From NCBI GenBank assembly GCA_965237955.1, contig OZ250169.1:3904001-3968000 (forward strand): a DNA stretch of 64,000 nt, given 5' to 3'. Source of the DNA: Candidatus Marinacidobacterales bacterium (GTDB taxonomy: Bacteria; Acidobacteriota; Vicinamibacteria; Marinacidobacterales; SMYC01). Positions 31,889 to 42,089 of the stretch are shown one piece after another; the stretch's first letter is position 1; each line of letters begins with the position of its first letter. Position numbers and translations under genes: made by a program. Under the pieces are notes generated by a model. It saw nothing but the letters and a program-made list of their open reading frames with translations, was not told where the DNA came from and ran no database searches.

Positions 31889-32139
31889 GTGGAGGTGGAG
31901 GGATTCGCGAGCGGGTTGTTGGCGCCGGGCACGAGAGTGTTGAGGATGTCCGGGAATTGCTCAAGCTTTGTGGCGGCCCGAGCCAGCAACGACGGATCGA
32001 CGTGACGAAACGGTCGCGCCGTCTCCATGGCTAAGATAGACTTGGCGCAACGTGTCGAGAAGACAGCGACTCCTTCATTGCGCCGTGCTCGCGGGCATGC
32101 TCGGGTCTAGCGCGCGATGTGTGGGCCCATCCGGTTGCG

Positions 32140-32295
32140 TATTCCGGGGCATCGTGAACGCAGATTCCAGCCGAAGGTGAACATCCATTCCAAAGCATCG
32201 TGAACACGGATTCCGGGGATCGTGAACATCGATTCCGGGGAAGGTGAACACGGATTCCAGGCAACGTGAACGCCGGTTCCGGCATCGCGAACGCT
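32140..32295 (+). repeat. IS21 left-end tandem repeats (~22-23 bp, about 7 units)
   Basis: GTGAAC-N4-(A/G)TTCC units; degenerate inverted copies at ~34955-35075. Confidence 0.88.
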
Positions 32296-32355
32296 CATCG
32301 ATAGCACGTTTCAAGGCAACTCTAGGTCGTACCCGGAAGGAGGACGATCTAGGAA

Positions 32356-33913
32356 ATGGCAGCTAAGAGGTTATCGATGAGAAAAACACGAGAGGTTCTA
32401 AGGTTAAAGTACGAGCTGGGTTTTACTCACCGCATGATCGCAAAGGCACTTCGCGTGGCGGTTGGAACGGTGAGTGAGTACCTGGCCAAGGCGAAGAAGG
32501 GTGGTCTGAGCTGGCCGCTCCCGGAGGAGCTGAGCGACGGGGAGCTGGAGGCAGGGCTGTTTCCGCCGCCGGGCTCGTCTGGCGCACGGCCGGGTCTGGA
32601 CTATGCCCACATCCACGAGGAGCTGAGGCGTCACCGAGAGCTGACGTTGCTGCAGCTGTGGGTGGAGTACGCGGAGAATAAGCCGGGAGCGTACGGCTAC
32701 AGCCGTTATTGCGAGCTGTACGGTCAGTGGAAGAAGAAGCTGAACCCGACGATGCGTCAACGGCATCGAGCAGGCGAGAAGACATTCGTCGATTTTTCGG
32801 GGAAGAAGCCTCACATCGTCGATCCGAAAACGGGAGAGCTCGTCGAAATGGAGCTGTTCGTCGGGACGTTGGGCGCGAGCAGTTACACCTACGTCGAAGC
32901 GACACTGAACCAGTCGCTGGAATCGTGGGCGAAGGCCCATAAGGGGATGTCGGATTACTTCGGTGGCAGTACGGAGATCTGGGTTCCGGACAACTTGAAG
33001 AGCGGCGTGGATTTGGTGGACCGTTACGAGCCAGGGATCAACCGGACGTACGAAGAGCTGGCGACGCATTACGGTGCGGTTGTGGTCCCGGCTCGGGTGT
33101 TCAAGCCGAAAGACAAAGCGAAGGTGGAGTCGGCAGTGCAGGTGGCGCAGCGCTGGATCCTGGCGGTGCTTCGTCATCGCACGTTCTTCAGCCTGGCGGA
33201 ACTGAACGAAGCCATCTGGGAGAAGTTAGAGGTCCTGAATGCGCGTCCGATGCAGAAGCTCGGTGTGAGTCGGCGGGAGTTGTACGAAAGGCTAGACCGG
33301 CCCGTACTGAAACCGCTACCGCAGGAGAGCTACCGAGTTATCGACGTGGAAGCGGTGCGGAGTGAACATCGACTACCACGTGGAGGTGGAGAACAACTTG
33401 TACAGCGTTCCCTATCAGCTCATTCACGAGAAAGTCGAGGCACGGGTGACGGCCTCGGTGGTGGAGGTCCTGTTCAAGGGAAAGCGCGTCGCGTCGCATC
33501 CCCGCAAGAAAGGAAAGGGGCACTACTCCACGAACCCGGAGCATATGCCACGTTCGCATCGGGAGCACCTGGAGTGGACGCCGTCGCGGCTGCTCCACTG
33601 GGCGGAGCAGTCAGGTCGCGCCACGGGAAGGCTGGTTGCGGGGATTCTAGAGAGTCGGCCTCACCCGGAGCAGGGATTTCGCTCTTGCCTGGGAGTCATG
33701 CGACTAGGCAGCCGCTGGGGCAGTGAGCGTCTCGAGGCCGCTTGCGCACGAGCGGAAGCTTTGAGCTCTTACAGCTATCGCACGGTGAAAAACATTCTCT
33801 CGGCTGGTCTGGATCGTGTGGTGCTCGAATCGGACGCCGAAGCGAAACCGCGAGAGGAGCACGAGAACATCCGAGGCGCGGATCACTACGAAGGAGGAGA
33901 GTCCCGATGCTGA
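32356..33913 (+). CDS. istA: IS21 transposase (frameshift ~33333)
   Basis: FVDFSG, VPDNLKSGV, PKDKAKVE; C-terminus DYHVEV..YSVPY in shifted frame. Confidence 0.9.
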
Positions 33914-34665
33914 CACCCGAAACGATAGAAAAGATGAACGCCATGAAGTTGTTCGGCTTGGTGTCCGCGTTCGAAACCCAGTTGAGCTCGAGCGAATACA
34001 AGGAGCTGAGCTTCGAGGAACGTGTGGGACTCCTGGTCGATGCCGAGTGGACCGCCCGCGAACAGCGTAAGCTTTCTCGACGACTGCGAGCGGCAAAGCT
34101 CCGCTATCCGGCATGTTTGGAGAACGTGAACTTCCAAGCGCCTCGAGGCTTAAACCGCGAACAGATCTTGAGCCTGGGCAACTGCCGCTTTGTCGGTGAG
34201 CGCCATAACCTGCTCATCACCGGCCCGACGGGGATTGGCAAATCGTTCTTGGCTTGCGCCTTCGTGGAGCGGGCCTGTCGTCGCGGCTTCACCGGATGCT
34301 ACGTGCGAGCACCGCGCTTGCTCCACGAGCTCGCGGTCGCTCGTGGTGATGGTTCCTACGCCCGGCTTTTGACGAAACTCGCCAAGCTGGACTTACTGGC
34401 TATCGATGATTGGCTGCTTCACCCGCTGAAAGAATCGGAGAGACGGGATCTAATGGAGGTCATCGAAGACCGCGCCGAGCGTGGCTCCACACTCATCGCG
34501 ACCCAGATTCCGCTCAAGCAGTGGCACGAAGCGATTGGCGACCCAAACCAGGCAGACGCTATCTGCGATCGCATTCTCCACAGCGCGCACCGCATCACTC
34601 TCAAAGGAGCTTCTCTGAGAAAGACCAAGGCTGCGCCAAAGGCATTTGACAACGCCGATGCATGA
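33907..34665 (+). CDS. istB: IS21 AAA+ helper ATPase
   Basis: GPTGIGKS Walker A, LLAIDDW Walker B, ADAICDR. Confidence 0.93.
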   Translation: MLTPETIEKMNAMKLFGLVSAFETQLSSSEYKELSFEERVGLLVDAEWTAREQRKLSRRLRAAKLRYPACLENVNFQAPRGLNREQILSLGNCRFVGERHNLLITGPTGIGKSFLACAFVERACRRGFTGCYVRAPRLLHELAVARGDGSYARLLTKLAKLDLLAIDDWLLHPLKESERRDLMEVIEDRAERGSTLIATQIPLKQWHEAIGDPNQADAICDRILHSAHRITLKGASLRKTKAAPKAFDNADA

Positions 34666-35998
34666 GCGAGCGAGGGACCACAGCGTCGATGCGATAAAAA
34701 CGGGTGAAACCGCCAAACCCGGGGTACCAGACGATGCGGCGCCAAAACGACGCGCGAGAATGCCTCAGGAAGCGTCTTCTCGAGCCAGGCCATACCCCAG
34801 CAACCCCCCGAAACCAGCCCCACATCGCCCGGGGTTCGGCCGCGGCAGGTCGCTGCCTACGGGAGCGGGAAGGTCGCTTCGCGTCTTTCCTTACGCCCGC
34901 TCCCTCCGGCACCGACCTGCCGCCCCTTGCTACACAACACGCAGGTAAGATAGGTTCACGTTTTCAATCAGTGGGAAGGAGGTCACCCAACACTTCATCG
35001 CTTCGATGAGCGTTCGGCTTCACCGGATTCGCTGTTCAGCTTGCTCTGGATTCGGCGTTCACGATGGCTGGAATACGCAATCCGGCCTTCCCGACTGCGA
35101 GGGTCTCGTGTATTTCGTGACTCGGGCCCGGTGCTCGGACGATCCGAGGTGCGAGACGCTCGCCGTCCACCTGGAGGCGAATCCGCCCCGCGCCACCCTC
35201 GAGGTGTCGCGAGACGCCCGCGTCAGGGTGAGAGCGAAGGACTGCGCCGGGTTCTCGCTCTTTTCGATCACGGGCTGGCACTCGAGCCGACCCAGGGTCG
35301 CGAGCATTGCTCCGAACGGATTTGAGGGCCTTGTCACAGGTCTCAAGCCCGGCGAGACGAACGTGAGCGCGACCGTCTCCATCCCGGGCTCATCTCCCGT
35401 CGACGCGCCGTTCGCGGTTTGCCCCGACACCCCATGCCTCGAGCCCGTCCGGCTCGCGTTCCTGAGAGTCGTGTCCGGCGAGTGACTCGGACGGCCCACG
35501 ACGACCGCCGGATCTGCGACGCAGCTTTTTGGTGGGTGAAAAGCCTCTTCGCGCTTCATGCTTCGTAGATCGCGCGGTAGAGACTGATACAAGCGATCCG
35601 ACGCGTGAAACAGGGTGAGTCGCTTCCCCTGCGCCCGCGCCTATACAACTAGTAAGTGAACAGGTCAGACTATAGGGTATTGGATAAGAGGCCGCGCGGT
35701 ACTGAGTATCGGGGCTCGGGTGACGTAGCAACTGGCAAAGTCCCAGTGGTTTGAGGTGTGCACGGAGATTGGGTATCCAATGCACTGCGGGCGGCCGCGG
35801 ATGCGCGGATGGACCCGATAAACAACACCCCCCTCCCTTCTTTACCTAGTCTAGAAAGTAGTAGAACATTTAGAACATCTAGAAACATTCAATGGTATCA
35901 ATGGTTTGGGCGTTCTATTTGTGTTCTGTCAACGCCGGCCGAAAACTGCGCATTCATGGCGGATGAAAATTGCACACCCGAGCCATGGGTGGCGAACC

Positions 35999-36826
35999 CT
36001 ATGACGCCGTCGCCTCCGTGTATTTCCTATGAGATTTAGCCGGCGGGTGAGGTTCGTCCGAACCCGCCGGATGGAGCGCTCGCCACAGTTCGGAGTGCTC
36101 TCTCATGCGGTAACTGTTTCCTCGGATGTTGACGAGGTGGCAGTGGTGCAGAATGCGGTCGATGAGAGCGGCGGCCATGACTTCGTCGCCAAGGATCTCG
36201 CCCCATTCCTCGAAACTTTTGTTAGAGGTGAGCACGGTCGAAGCGCGCTCGTATCGCCTACTTATGAGCTGGAAAAAAAGCACCGCGCCGGTCTGGGTGA
36301 CGGGTAGGTATCCGATTTCATCGACAACAAGCAGTGACGGATAACTGAGAACCGCGAGTCGACGAGTGAGGCGGCCCGCGTCACGAGCCTCTTCGAGGGA
36401 GGTGATGAGCTCAGCCAGGGTGCCGTAATAGACGCGCCGTCCATTCTGGGCAGCGGCGATGGCAAGATGAGTTTTGCCCACACCAGGAGGTCCCAATAAG
36501 ACGACGTTCTCCTTACGTTCAACGAACCCGAGCTCGTGAAGGTTCTCAATCTGCTCGCGTTTGATCGATGGCTGGAACGAAAAATCGAACTCATCGATTG
36601 TTTTGACCGCGGGGAGTCGTGAGGAGCGCATCGCCGCTTGGAGACGACGGTTGTTTCTCAACGTGATCTGCGCTCCAAGAAGGTTCTCGATGGCCTCCGC
36701 CGTTGTGACCGCACCGCCATCGGCATCAGATAGTACGCGGTCGACAGCTTCGAGCGCGCCAGGCATCTTTAGGTCGGCCAGCATCGTACGGATCTGCTCA
36801 CGTCGCGATATTGTGCTCGCCTTCAT
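35999..36826 (-). CDS. istB: IS21 helper ATPase
   Basis: GPPGVGKTHLA, LLVVDEIGY, LTSNKSF, DRILHH. Confidence 0.94.
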   Translation of the reverse strand: MKASTISRREQIRTMLADLKMPGALEAVDRVLSDADGGAVTTAEAIENLLGAQITLRNNRRLQAAMRSSRLPAVKTIDEFDFSFQPSIKREQIENLHELGFVERKENVVLLGPPGVGKTHLAIAAAQNGRRVYYGTLAELITSLEEARDAGRLTRRLAVLSYPSLLVVDEIGYLPVTQTGAVLFFQLISRRYERASTVLTSNKSFEEWGEILGDEVMAAALIDRILHHCHLVNIRGNSYRMREHSELWRALHPAGSDEPHPPAKSHRKYTEATAS

Positions 36827-37866
36827 TGTCCACCTCCAACGAGCCGCGTGTAGACTTCGAGGGGACGATGCTCGACATCCATCGAAGGCAGTGTGGTTAA
36901 GCAGGCTTTTGGAGTTCTTCTCGCGGGTTGGTTTGGCAGTACAAGAGAGCGATATGGCCGCTCAACGAGCGGTCTCAGAGTGGCCCTTTCATCGCGCGCG
37001 AATCGTTCTATCGGTCGTTCGTTGGTTGTGCGATGGAGTCGGACGTTGGCGACGTCACTCAGCCAACGCTCGATCTGAGCATCGAGGTCGTCATCGTTGA
37101 TAAAGTGGCGACCGTAGAAGAAGCTTCCTCTCACATAGCGGATTGGCCTTTCCACTTTGCCCTTGGTCTTCGCCCGATACGGGCGACACGCTCTTGTTCG
37201 AAACTCCCAGTGGTGGGCGAAGCGGACGAACTCTGGGTTCTCAACGAGAGGGCCACCTTCCCGGCGGTGATCCTCGACGATGACCGAACGCATCTGGTCA
37301 AAAAGGAGCTCTTTGGGAACTCCTCCAAAAAATAGGAAGGCCTGCTCAAGCCCCGCGAACAACGTCCGCATGTCCTGTCGCTTGAAAAACCGAAGCCATA
37401 GCAGCCTCGAGTATCCGAGCACCACGAGAAGTGCCCACCGACGACCCCATGGCAAACGAAAGTGTGCAAAATCGACCTGAGCTTGGTGGCCTGGTGAGGT
37501 CTCGAAACGCACCAGCGGCTCCGCCGGTGGCTGTGGGCGAATCTGCCGCACGTACTCCTTGACCTGCGTGTAGCCGCCTTCATAGCCCGCGGCACGGATC
37601 TCATCATGCAGGCGTACTGAACTCAGCTCCGGGAACTCGTGCAGGCGCGAATGAAGGATCTCCCGGTACGGGTCGATCCTGCGCTCGATCCGCGGACGCT
37701 TCTTGTAGCGCACCGTTTCCTCGTCCAACTCTCGGTCCAGTTGACCCGTCTTTATCCAGTGGTGGACCGTTCGGCGGCTGATTCCTAGCTTGTCTGCTAG
37801 CGCCGCCTTCTTGATTCCCTGCTCCAAATACTCTCGTAGTAGCACTCGTTTCTCCCTTCCGTACAT
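36823..37866 (-). CDS. istA: IS21 transposase
   Basis: RFETSPGHQAQVDF, LFDQM, KTKGKVER. Confidence 0.94.
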   Translation of the reverse strand: MYGREKRVLLREYLEQGIKKAALADKLGISRRTVHHWIKTGQLDRELDEETVRYKKRPRIERRIDPYREILHSRLHEFPELSSVRLHDEIRAAGYEGGYTQVKEYVRQIRPQPPAEPLVRFETSPGHQAQVDFAHFRLPWGRRWALLVVLGYSRLLWLRFFKRQDMRTLFAGLEQAFLFFGGVPKELLFDQMRSVIVEDHRREGGPLVENPEFVRFAHHWEFRTRACRPYRAKTKGKVERPIRYVRGSFFYGRHFINDDDLDAQIERWLSDVANVRLHRTTNERPIERFARDERATLRPLVERPYRSLVLPNQPARRTPKACLTTLPSMDVEHRPLEVYTRLVGGGQ

Positions 37867-38805
37867 CGGCGCCTCCACTCCGGAAACGCCATTCTGATTG
37901 AAGGCGCGCCGTCATGTCTGGCACTCCAGACACACGACAACGGCCTCCTTTTACGGATGGCCGAGTGTGCAATTTTCGTCCGCCATAAGTGTGCAATTTA
38001 CGCCCGCCGCTAACATGTTCTACCCTCCCCTCGAAGATAGAACATTCAATCATATCAACGAGTTAGCCCACACCTCGGTCTACCTCGCACCTCTCGGCCC
38101 TCGGCTGGTCCTCCGAAGACAAAGGGGGGGCTGTTCAAAATCTGATGGTTGTTGAACAGGCGGAATTCGAGGGGTAAGTTATTGACCCTGCTCGAAGTTC
38201 TGGGCTTCGAGGAGGGGTAGAACACCTAACCCCTTCTATCTAATGGTTGTTCTAGATCTATATAATGTTCTATTAAGCTCTAAAGGGAAAGGGACACTTT
38301 GCCTCCGACGCACTCCCGAGAGCTCAAGCCGAGAGCTCAAGCCCTCTGGTACCCTACGCGAGCGTGCTGGTTTAACGGCTGGTCGGGCAGAGCAAGATTG
38401 GGTTCGTTTCGTAAAATGTGCTTATTCGCAAGGACGAAACGGCCTGAAACCGCGTGAAACAACCACCCGCTATTGAGCGGTGCCTGACATTTGGCGGGGT
38501 CCAGTGCCGCGTCGGCTGGTCTCCGCGAATTTCGAGAACGCCTCTAGGATTCGAGCTTTCGGCTCGGTTCGTGTTTTCGGACACGACGGGATCAAGGCCG
38601 ATTTGACCCCAAGATATCGTTGACGGCGCGACCTCGATCCCCACGATATTTGGGCGCGATTCGCCAACTTGACAGCAATGGCACTCGCCCGTGTGGGCGG
38701 AGGTCATCGGGGAATGAACGAAATCCGTTCGTTCACTCGAAAGTACCCTCAAAACGAGTTCAGAAACAGGTCGCGACGTGGCAGTGGTAACCTGAGCGTG
38801 GCGGC

Positions 38806-39315
38806 TCACGCAAACAGGCGCAAAGTGAAAAAAATAGCGACTTGCACTAGCCAACCTATGGCACAGACGCCCACGGCCCGCCCGGTGCTGGTGTAGTCCA
38901 GCGCCTGTCGGACCGCGACGACCATGGCGACCAGCATCCAGACGCTTGCCGCGAGCGCGATCAGACCGCCCAGCAAGGGAATCATTCCGAATATCCGGAG
39001 GACGCCCGGAGACGCCGAAAAGCCAATGGTCCGAAGCAGCTCGCCCAGATCTGCCTTGGTTTGCGGTTCGGGCAGGACCTTCGTGCCGATTAAGAAAGTC
39101 AGCGCCGCCCAGATGAACCAGCCCACTAGTGCGCCGATCGTTCCTGCAATCAGCCCAGACGCACCGCCCCCGACCGAGCCGATTCCCGCTGCAAGACTGG
39201 AGATGATGACCACCCCCATGGCCTGCCCCGTAGCCGTCTGGTCGTGTTCCACTTCCTCGTAGGTGTCAACGTCCAGCTTTGCAGCGCCGAGCATCCGATC
39301 CGTGAAGCTCGCCAT
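38806..39315 (-). CDS. YIP1-family membrane protein
   Basis: YEEVEHD..ATGQA, LLRTIGFSASPG, AVRQALDY; several TM segments. Confidence 0.8.
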   Translation of the reverse strand: MASFTDRMLGAAKLDVDTYEEVEHDQTATGQAMGVVIISSLAAGIGSVGGGASGLIAGTIGALVGWFIWAALTFLIGTKVLPEPQTKADLGELLRTIGFSASPGVLRIFGMIPLLGGLIALAASVWMLVAMVVAVRQALDYTSTGRAVGVCAIGWLVQVAIFFTLRLFA

Positions 39316-39557
39316 CGATTCCCTCCTCTGCTGTCACAGTGAGTTGCCTACAATCGAGGGGGAAGAATCTAGTTGGGATTGAACGCTCATGTCAACTGGA
39401 GCCGCCCAGTAAAGCTTGTAGCCCGCCTCGATGGAGACGGATCGTAACAGCGCGCGGCAGGGTGCTTCGGCCATGAACTGTTGGCGGCCAGGCGCTAACC
39501 CGTTCGCGTGCTAGAGCCTTCGTGTGATACTAGATCTCGACGGAACTCGGGTTGACC

Positions 39558-39700
39558 ATGCTGACGTCTGAAGCGATCATCCGGCCGGGAGCCTTCGCCG
39601 GAGTGTTCGGCCTGATGGCTCTGCGGGAGCTCGCCGCACCACGGCGCCGGCTTCGGATCGGGAAGCGACGATGGGCCGGCAACGTCCCGCTCACGATCAT
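39558..39700 (+). pseudogene. Sterol desaturase-family N-terminal fragment
   Basis: EAIIRPGAFAGVFGLMALRELAAPRR...RWAGN. Confidence 0.55.
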
Positions 39701-39726
39701 TCGTTTTCAATCACGGAGAAACAGAT

Positions 39727-39834
39727 ATGGGTGATAAGGGAAGTAAAGATAAAGGCAAACGGGAACAACAGAAAAAGGCCCAGCTTAGTCCAAAGGAAAA
39801 ACGAAAACTGAAAAAAGAAAAGAAGAATAAATAA
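39727..39834 (+). CDS. 35-aa lysine-rich small protein
   Basis: RBS GGAGA; MGDKGSKDKGKREQQKKAQLSPKEKRKLKKEKKNK-stop; below ORF-track cutoff. Confidence 0.6.
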   Translation: MGDKGSKDKGKREQQKKAQLSPKEKRKLKKEKKNK

Positions 39835-39975
39835 ATCCGCACCGTTATGCACCGTCAAGTTCGATGGTGGAGCCTGCACCGGGGGTGCTTGCTCCGTTCG
39901 CTGTTGATCGGTCTCCCTCAAGCACAAAAGATCATGAGAGATACAGCGGATTTCTCAGCCCCGTACACTTGAGTC

Positions 39976-40914
39976 ATGAGGGCCATCCAGGACAAGGCGT
40001 GCTCCAAGCCAGGGTGCGAGAACTTTGGAAAGCTGGGAATGAACATCGGTGGCCACGGCTGGTTTACCACCAAGTCGGGTCGCCGACGGCGTTACCGTTG
40101 CAAGATATGCGGGGCAACCGTCAGCACGAATACGGGCACGGCGTATTCCGGCCTTCGCTGCACTCGGAGAGAGTTCGACCAAGTAGCGAGCACGCGAGTC
40201 GAGGGCATGAGCATTTCTGCCACGGCCCGTCTCACAGGTCGTTCCCGCAACACCATCGCCCGGTGGCTCGAACGCGCCTCGAGTGCGGCAGAGCACTTCA
40301 ACCGACAAATGCTGCGCGACTTCGAAATCGTTGAGCTTCAGGCCGATGAGCTCTGCACGTTCGTCGGCAGCAAGAGCAGGCCCACGTGGCTCTTTGCGAC
40401 CATCGAGGTGTGCTCCCGCTTGTGGGCGAGTAGCCTCGTCGGCCGCCGCTCCTTTCGAAACACCAAGGCCGTACTCGCCGACGTCATCCTCCGGGGGCGC
40501 CTCGTCGGATTCCCGCTGATCGCCACGGATGGCTTCGAGTACTACTTCAGGGTGATCGTGCGCCTCATTGGTCCTGCATGTGTCTATGGTCAAGTGATCA
40601 AGACCCGGCGGAACAATCGTGTCATCCGAGTCGAGCGGCGCCCGAAGATCGGCACGGAGAAACGCTTGAAGGAGGCGCTGTTGGCGTCAGAGGATTCCGA
40701 GACCCTGAACACGTCGTTCGTCGAGCGCCTAAACCTCACAATTCGTCAAGGGTCGGCGTACTTGCGCCGGCGGTCGCCATGCCACGCCCGATGCGCAGAC
40801 CAGCTCCGCCGGCACGTTGAGCTTCTGCGTTGTCATTACAATTTCGTCCGACCGCATAGAGCTCTGAAGTTCGGGCGGCGCCGATCGAGACCCTGTCGCT
40901 TAGTGCTCGGCTAG
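39976..40914 (+). mobile_element. IS1-family-like transposase (single ORF, 3' end degenerate)
   Basis: Zn ribbon (C..PGC, RYRCKIC), HTH, ELQADEL, ATDG, NTSFVERLNLTIR. Confidence 0.8.
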
Positions 40915-40934
40915 CTCCTGGATCCTTGCTCGAG

Positions 40935-41060
40935 GACAGCTCGTCTTGAGATTCGACTGGGGTCGATTCTTCGATGAGATGAATGGCGGGGAGTACATCG
41001 AGAGCCTCCGCGAGCAGTGGAAGGACTCCTACGATGTCACGCTTATCGACAGTCGCACAC
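40935..41060 (+). pseudogene. ParA/MinD-like ATPase internal fragment
   Basis: FDWGRFFDEMNGGEYIESLREQWKDSYDVTLIDSRT (Walker B-like). Confidence 0.55.
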
Positions 41061-41199
41061 TTCACATAATGGATCACTTCACATTACCGACGCACAAGCT
41101 CGAGGAGCTGCTCCCGGCGCTTCGCACCCATCGACTCGATCGATGCGCCCATCGGAACGACGGAACGACAGCTCGGCGACACGCTGGTCGACCGGGGGC

Positions 41200-41395
41200 G
41201 GCCGACCCCTCTCGACGAGGCGATGGAGGAAGAGACCCGGCGAAGCGTCGCGGCGGTGCTGCATGAGCTCCCCGACCGACAGCGGATCATTCTCTCCATG
41301 CGTCACGGGATCGGCTGCCCGCGGGAATGCACTCTGGAGGAGATCGGCGAAGCACTCGGCCTGTCGCGTGAGCGCATCCGACAGGTGGAGAGAAG
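41200..41395 (+). pseudogene. Sigma-70 region 4 fragment
   Basis: LPDRQRIILSMRHGI..TLEEIGEALGLSRERIRQVE. Confidence 0.8.
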
Positions 41396-41399
41396 TCGC

Positions 41400-41890
41400 C
41401 GTGGCTTCCGTCAAGGATTGGCTTTCGAAACACCGCCCCCAAGCTCCACCGTGACATTGCGGTCTCCCAAGCTGCGGCCTGGTTCATGCTGCATCGCATT
41501 CGCGAAGTCTGGAAGGCTCCGAGCGGCAAATCCTTCGCCGGTCCGGTCGAAGTGGACGAATCGTACTTCGGCGGAAAGCGTCGCAATATGCGAGCGTCTA
41601 AGCGAAAGGCTCTAACGGGCCGTGGGCCTTCGGGCAAAACTGCCGTCGTGGGGATGAAGGATCGCCAGACCAACAAGGTCCGGGCAAAGGTAGTCAAGAG
41701 TACGGACGCGCCTACACTCCAAGGCTTCGTCCTTGATAATTCAGCCCCGGACGCAAAGGTCTACACCGATGACGCCCTCGCTTATTCCGGGCTCACGAGA
41801 GACAGGGAAGCTGTCAAGCACTCGGTCGGCGAGTACGTCCGAGGAATGGCTCACACCAACGGTATCGAGAGCTTTTGGGCGACGCTCAGC
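41400..41890 (+). mobile_element. IS1595-family transposase internal fragment
   Basis: AWFMLHRIRE, VEVDESYFGG, VYTDD..Y, VKHS, HTNGIESFW. Confidence 0.85.
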
Positions 41891-42089
41891 GCCAGCCAGG
41901 TCTCGGTCGGCGATTATCATTGGTTTTCTCATCGTGCTATATTTCTCCTGTGAGTTCGTGTCCAGCAGTTCGTCCACTCCCCAGGCTTCGTTCTGCCATG
42001 CAGCAGACCTGCAAGATGTGTGGGCAGCCGGATAAGTTCGACTTCCACGTTCCCGACGAATTGTGGCAGGCCATCGTGCCTCAAAATCA

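Larger units (their letters stand above)
32136..35079 (+). mobile_element. IS21-family element A
   Basis: TGCGTATTCC...GGAATACGCA ends, internal repeats, ATCCGG on both flanks (1-nt offset). Confidence 0.92.
32052..35485 (+). pseudogene. Exported Big_2 (bacterial Ig-like) protein interrupted by IS21
   Basis: Rejoined frame VSRRQRLLHCAVLAGMLGSSARCVGPSG-LPDCEGL...WHSSRPRVASIAPNG..LVTGLKPGETNVSAT. Confidence 0.65.
35927..38015 (-). mobile_element. IS21-family element B
   Basis: TGT...ACA ends with repeated AAATTGCACAC-like motifs; 5-bp TSD TGTTC at 35922-35926 and 38016-38020. Confidence 0.93.
35846..38275. repeat. AT-rich TAGAAC(A) repeat / inverted-repeat element with IHF-consensus sites, split by IS21 B
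   Basis: TAGAAC or GTTCTA at 35862, 35871, 35912, 35923/38021 (split), 38038, 38218, 38249, 38267; WATCAAN4TTR at 35896 and 38053. Confidence 0.6.

Noticed and set aside
32140-32295. Regular ~22-bp repeats resembling a CRISPR or iteron array
   Set aside because: No unique spacers or cas genes; they lie inside the IS21 terminus and are mirrored at the other end, as is typical for IstA-binding repeats.
38398-38420. TTGGGTTCGTTTCGTAAAA motif as a dispersed repeat
   Set aside because: Only one good copy in the window; no boundaries can be defined.
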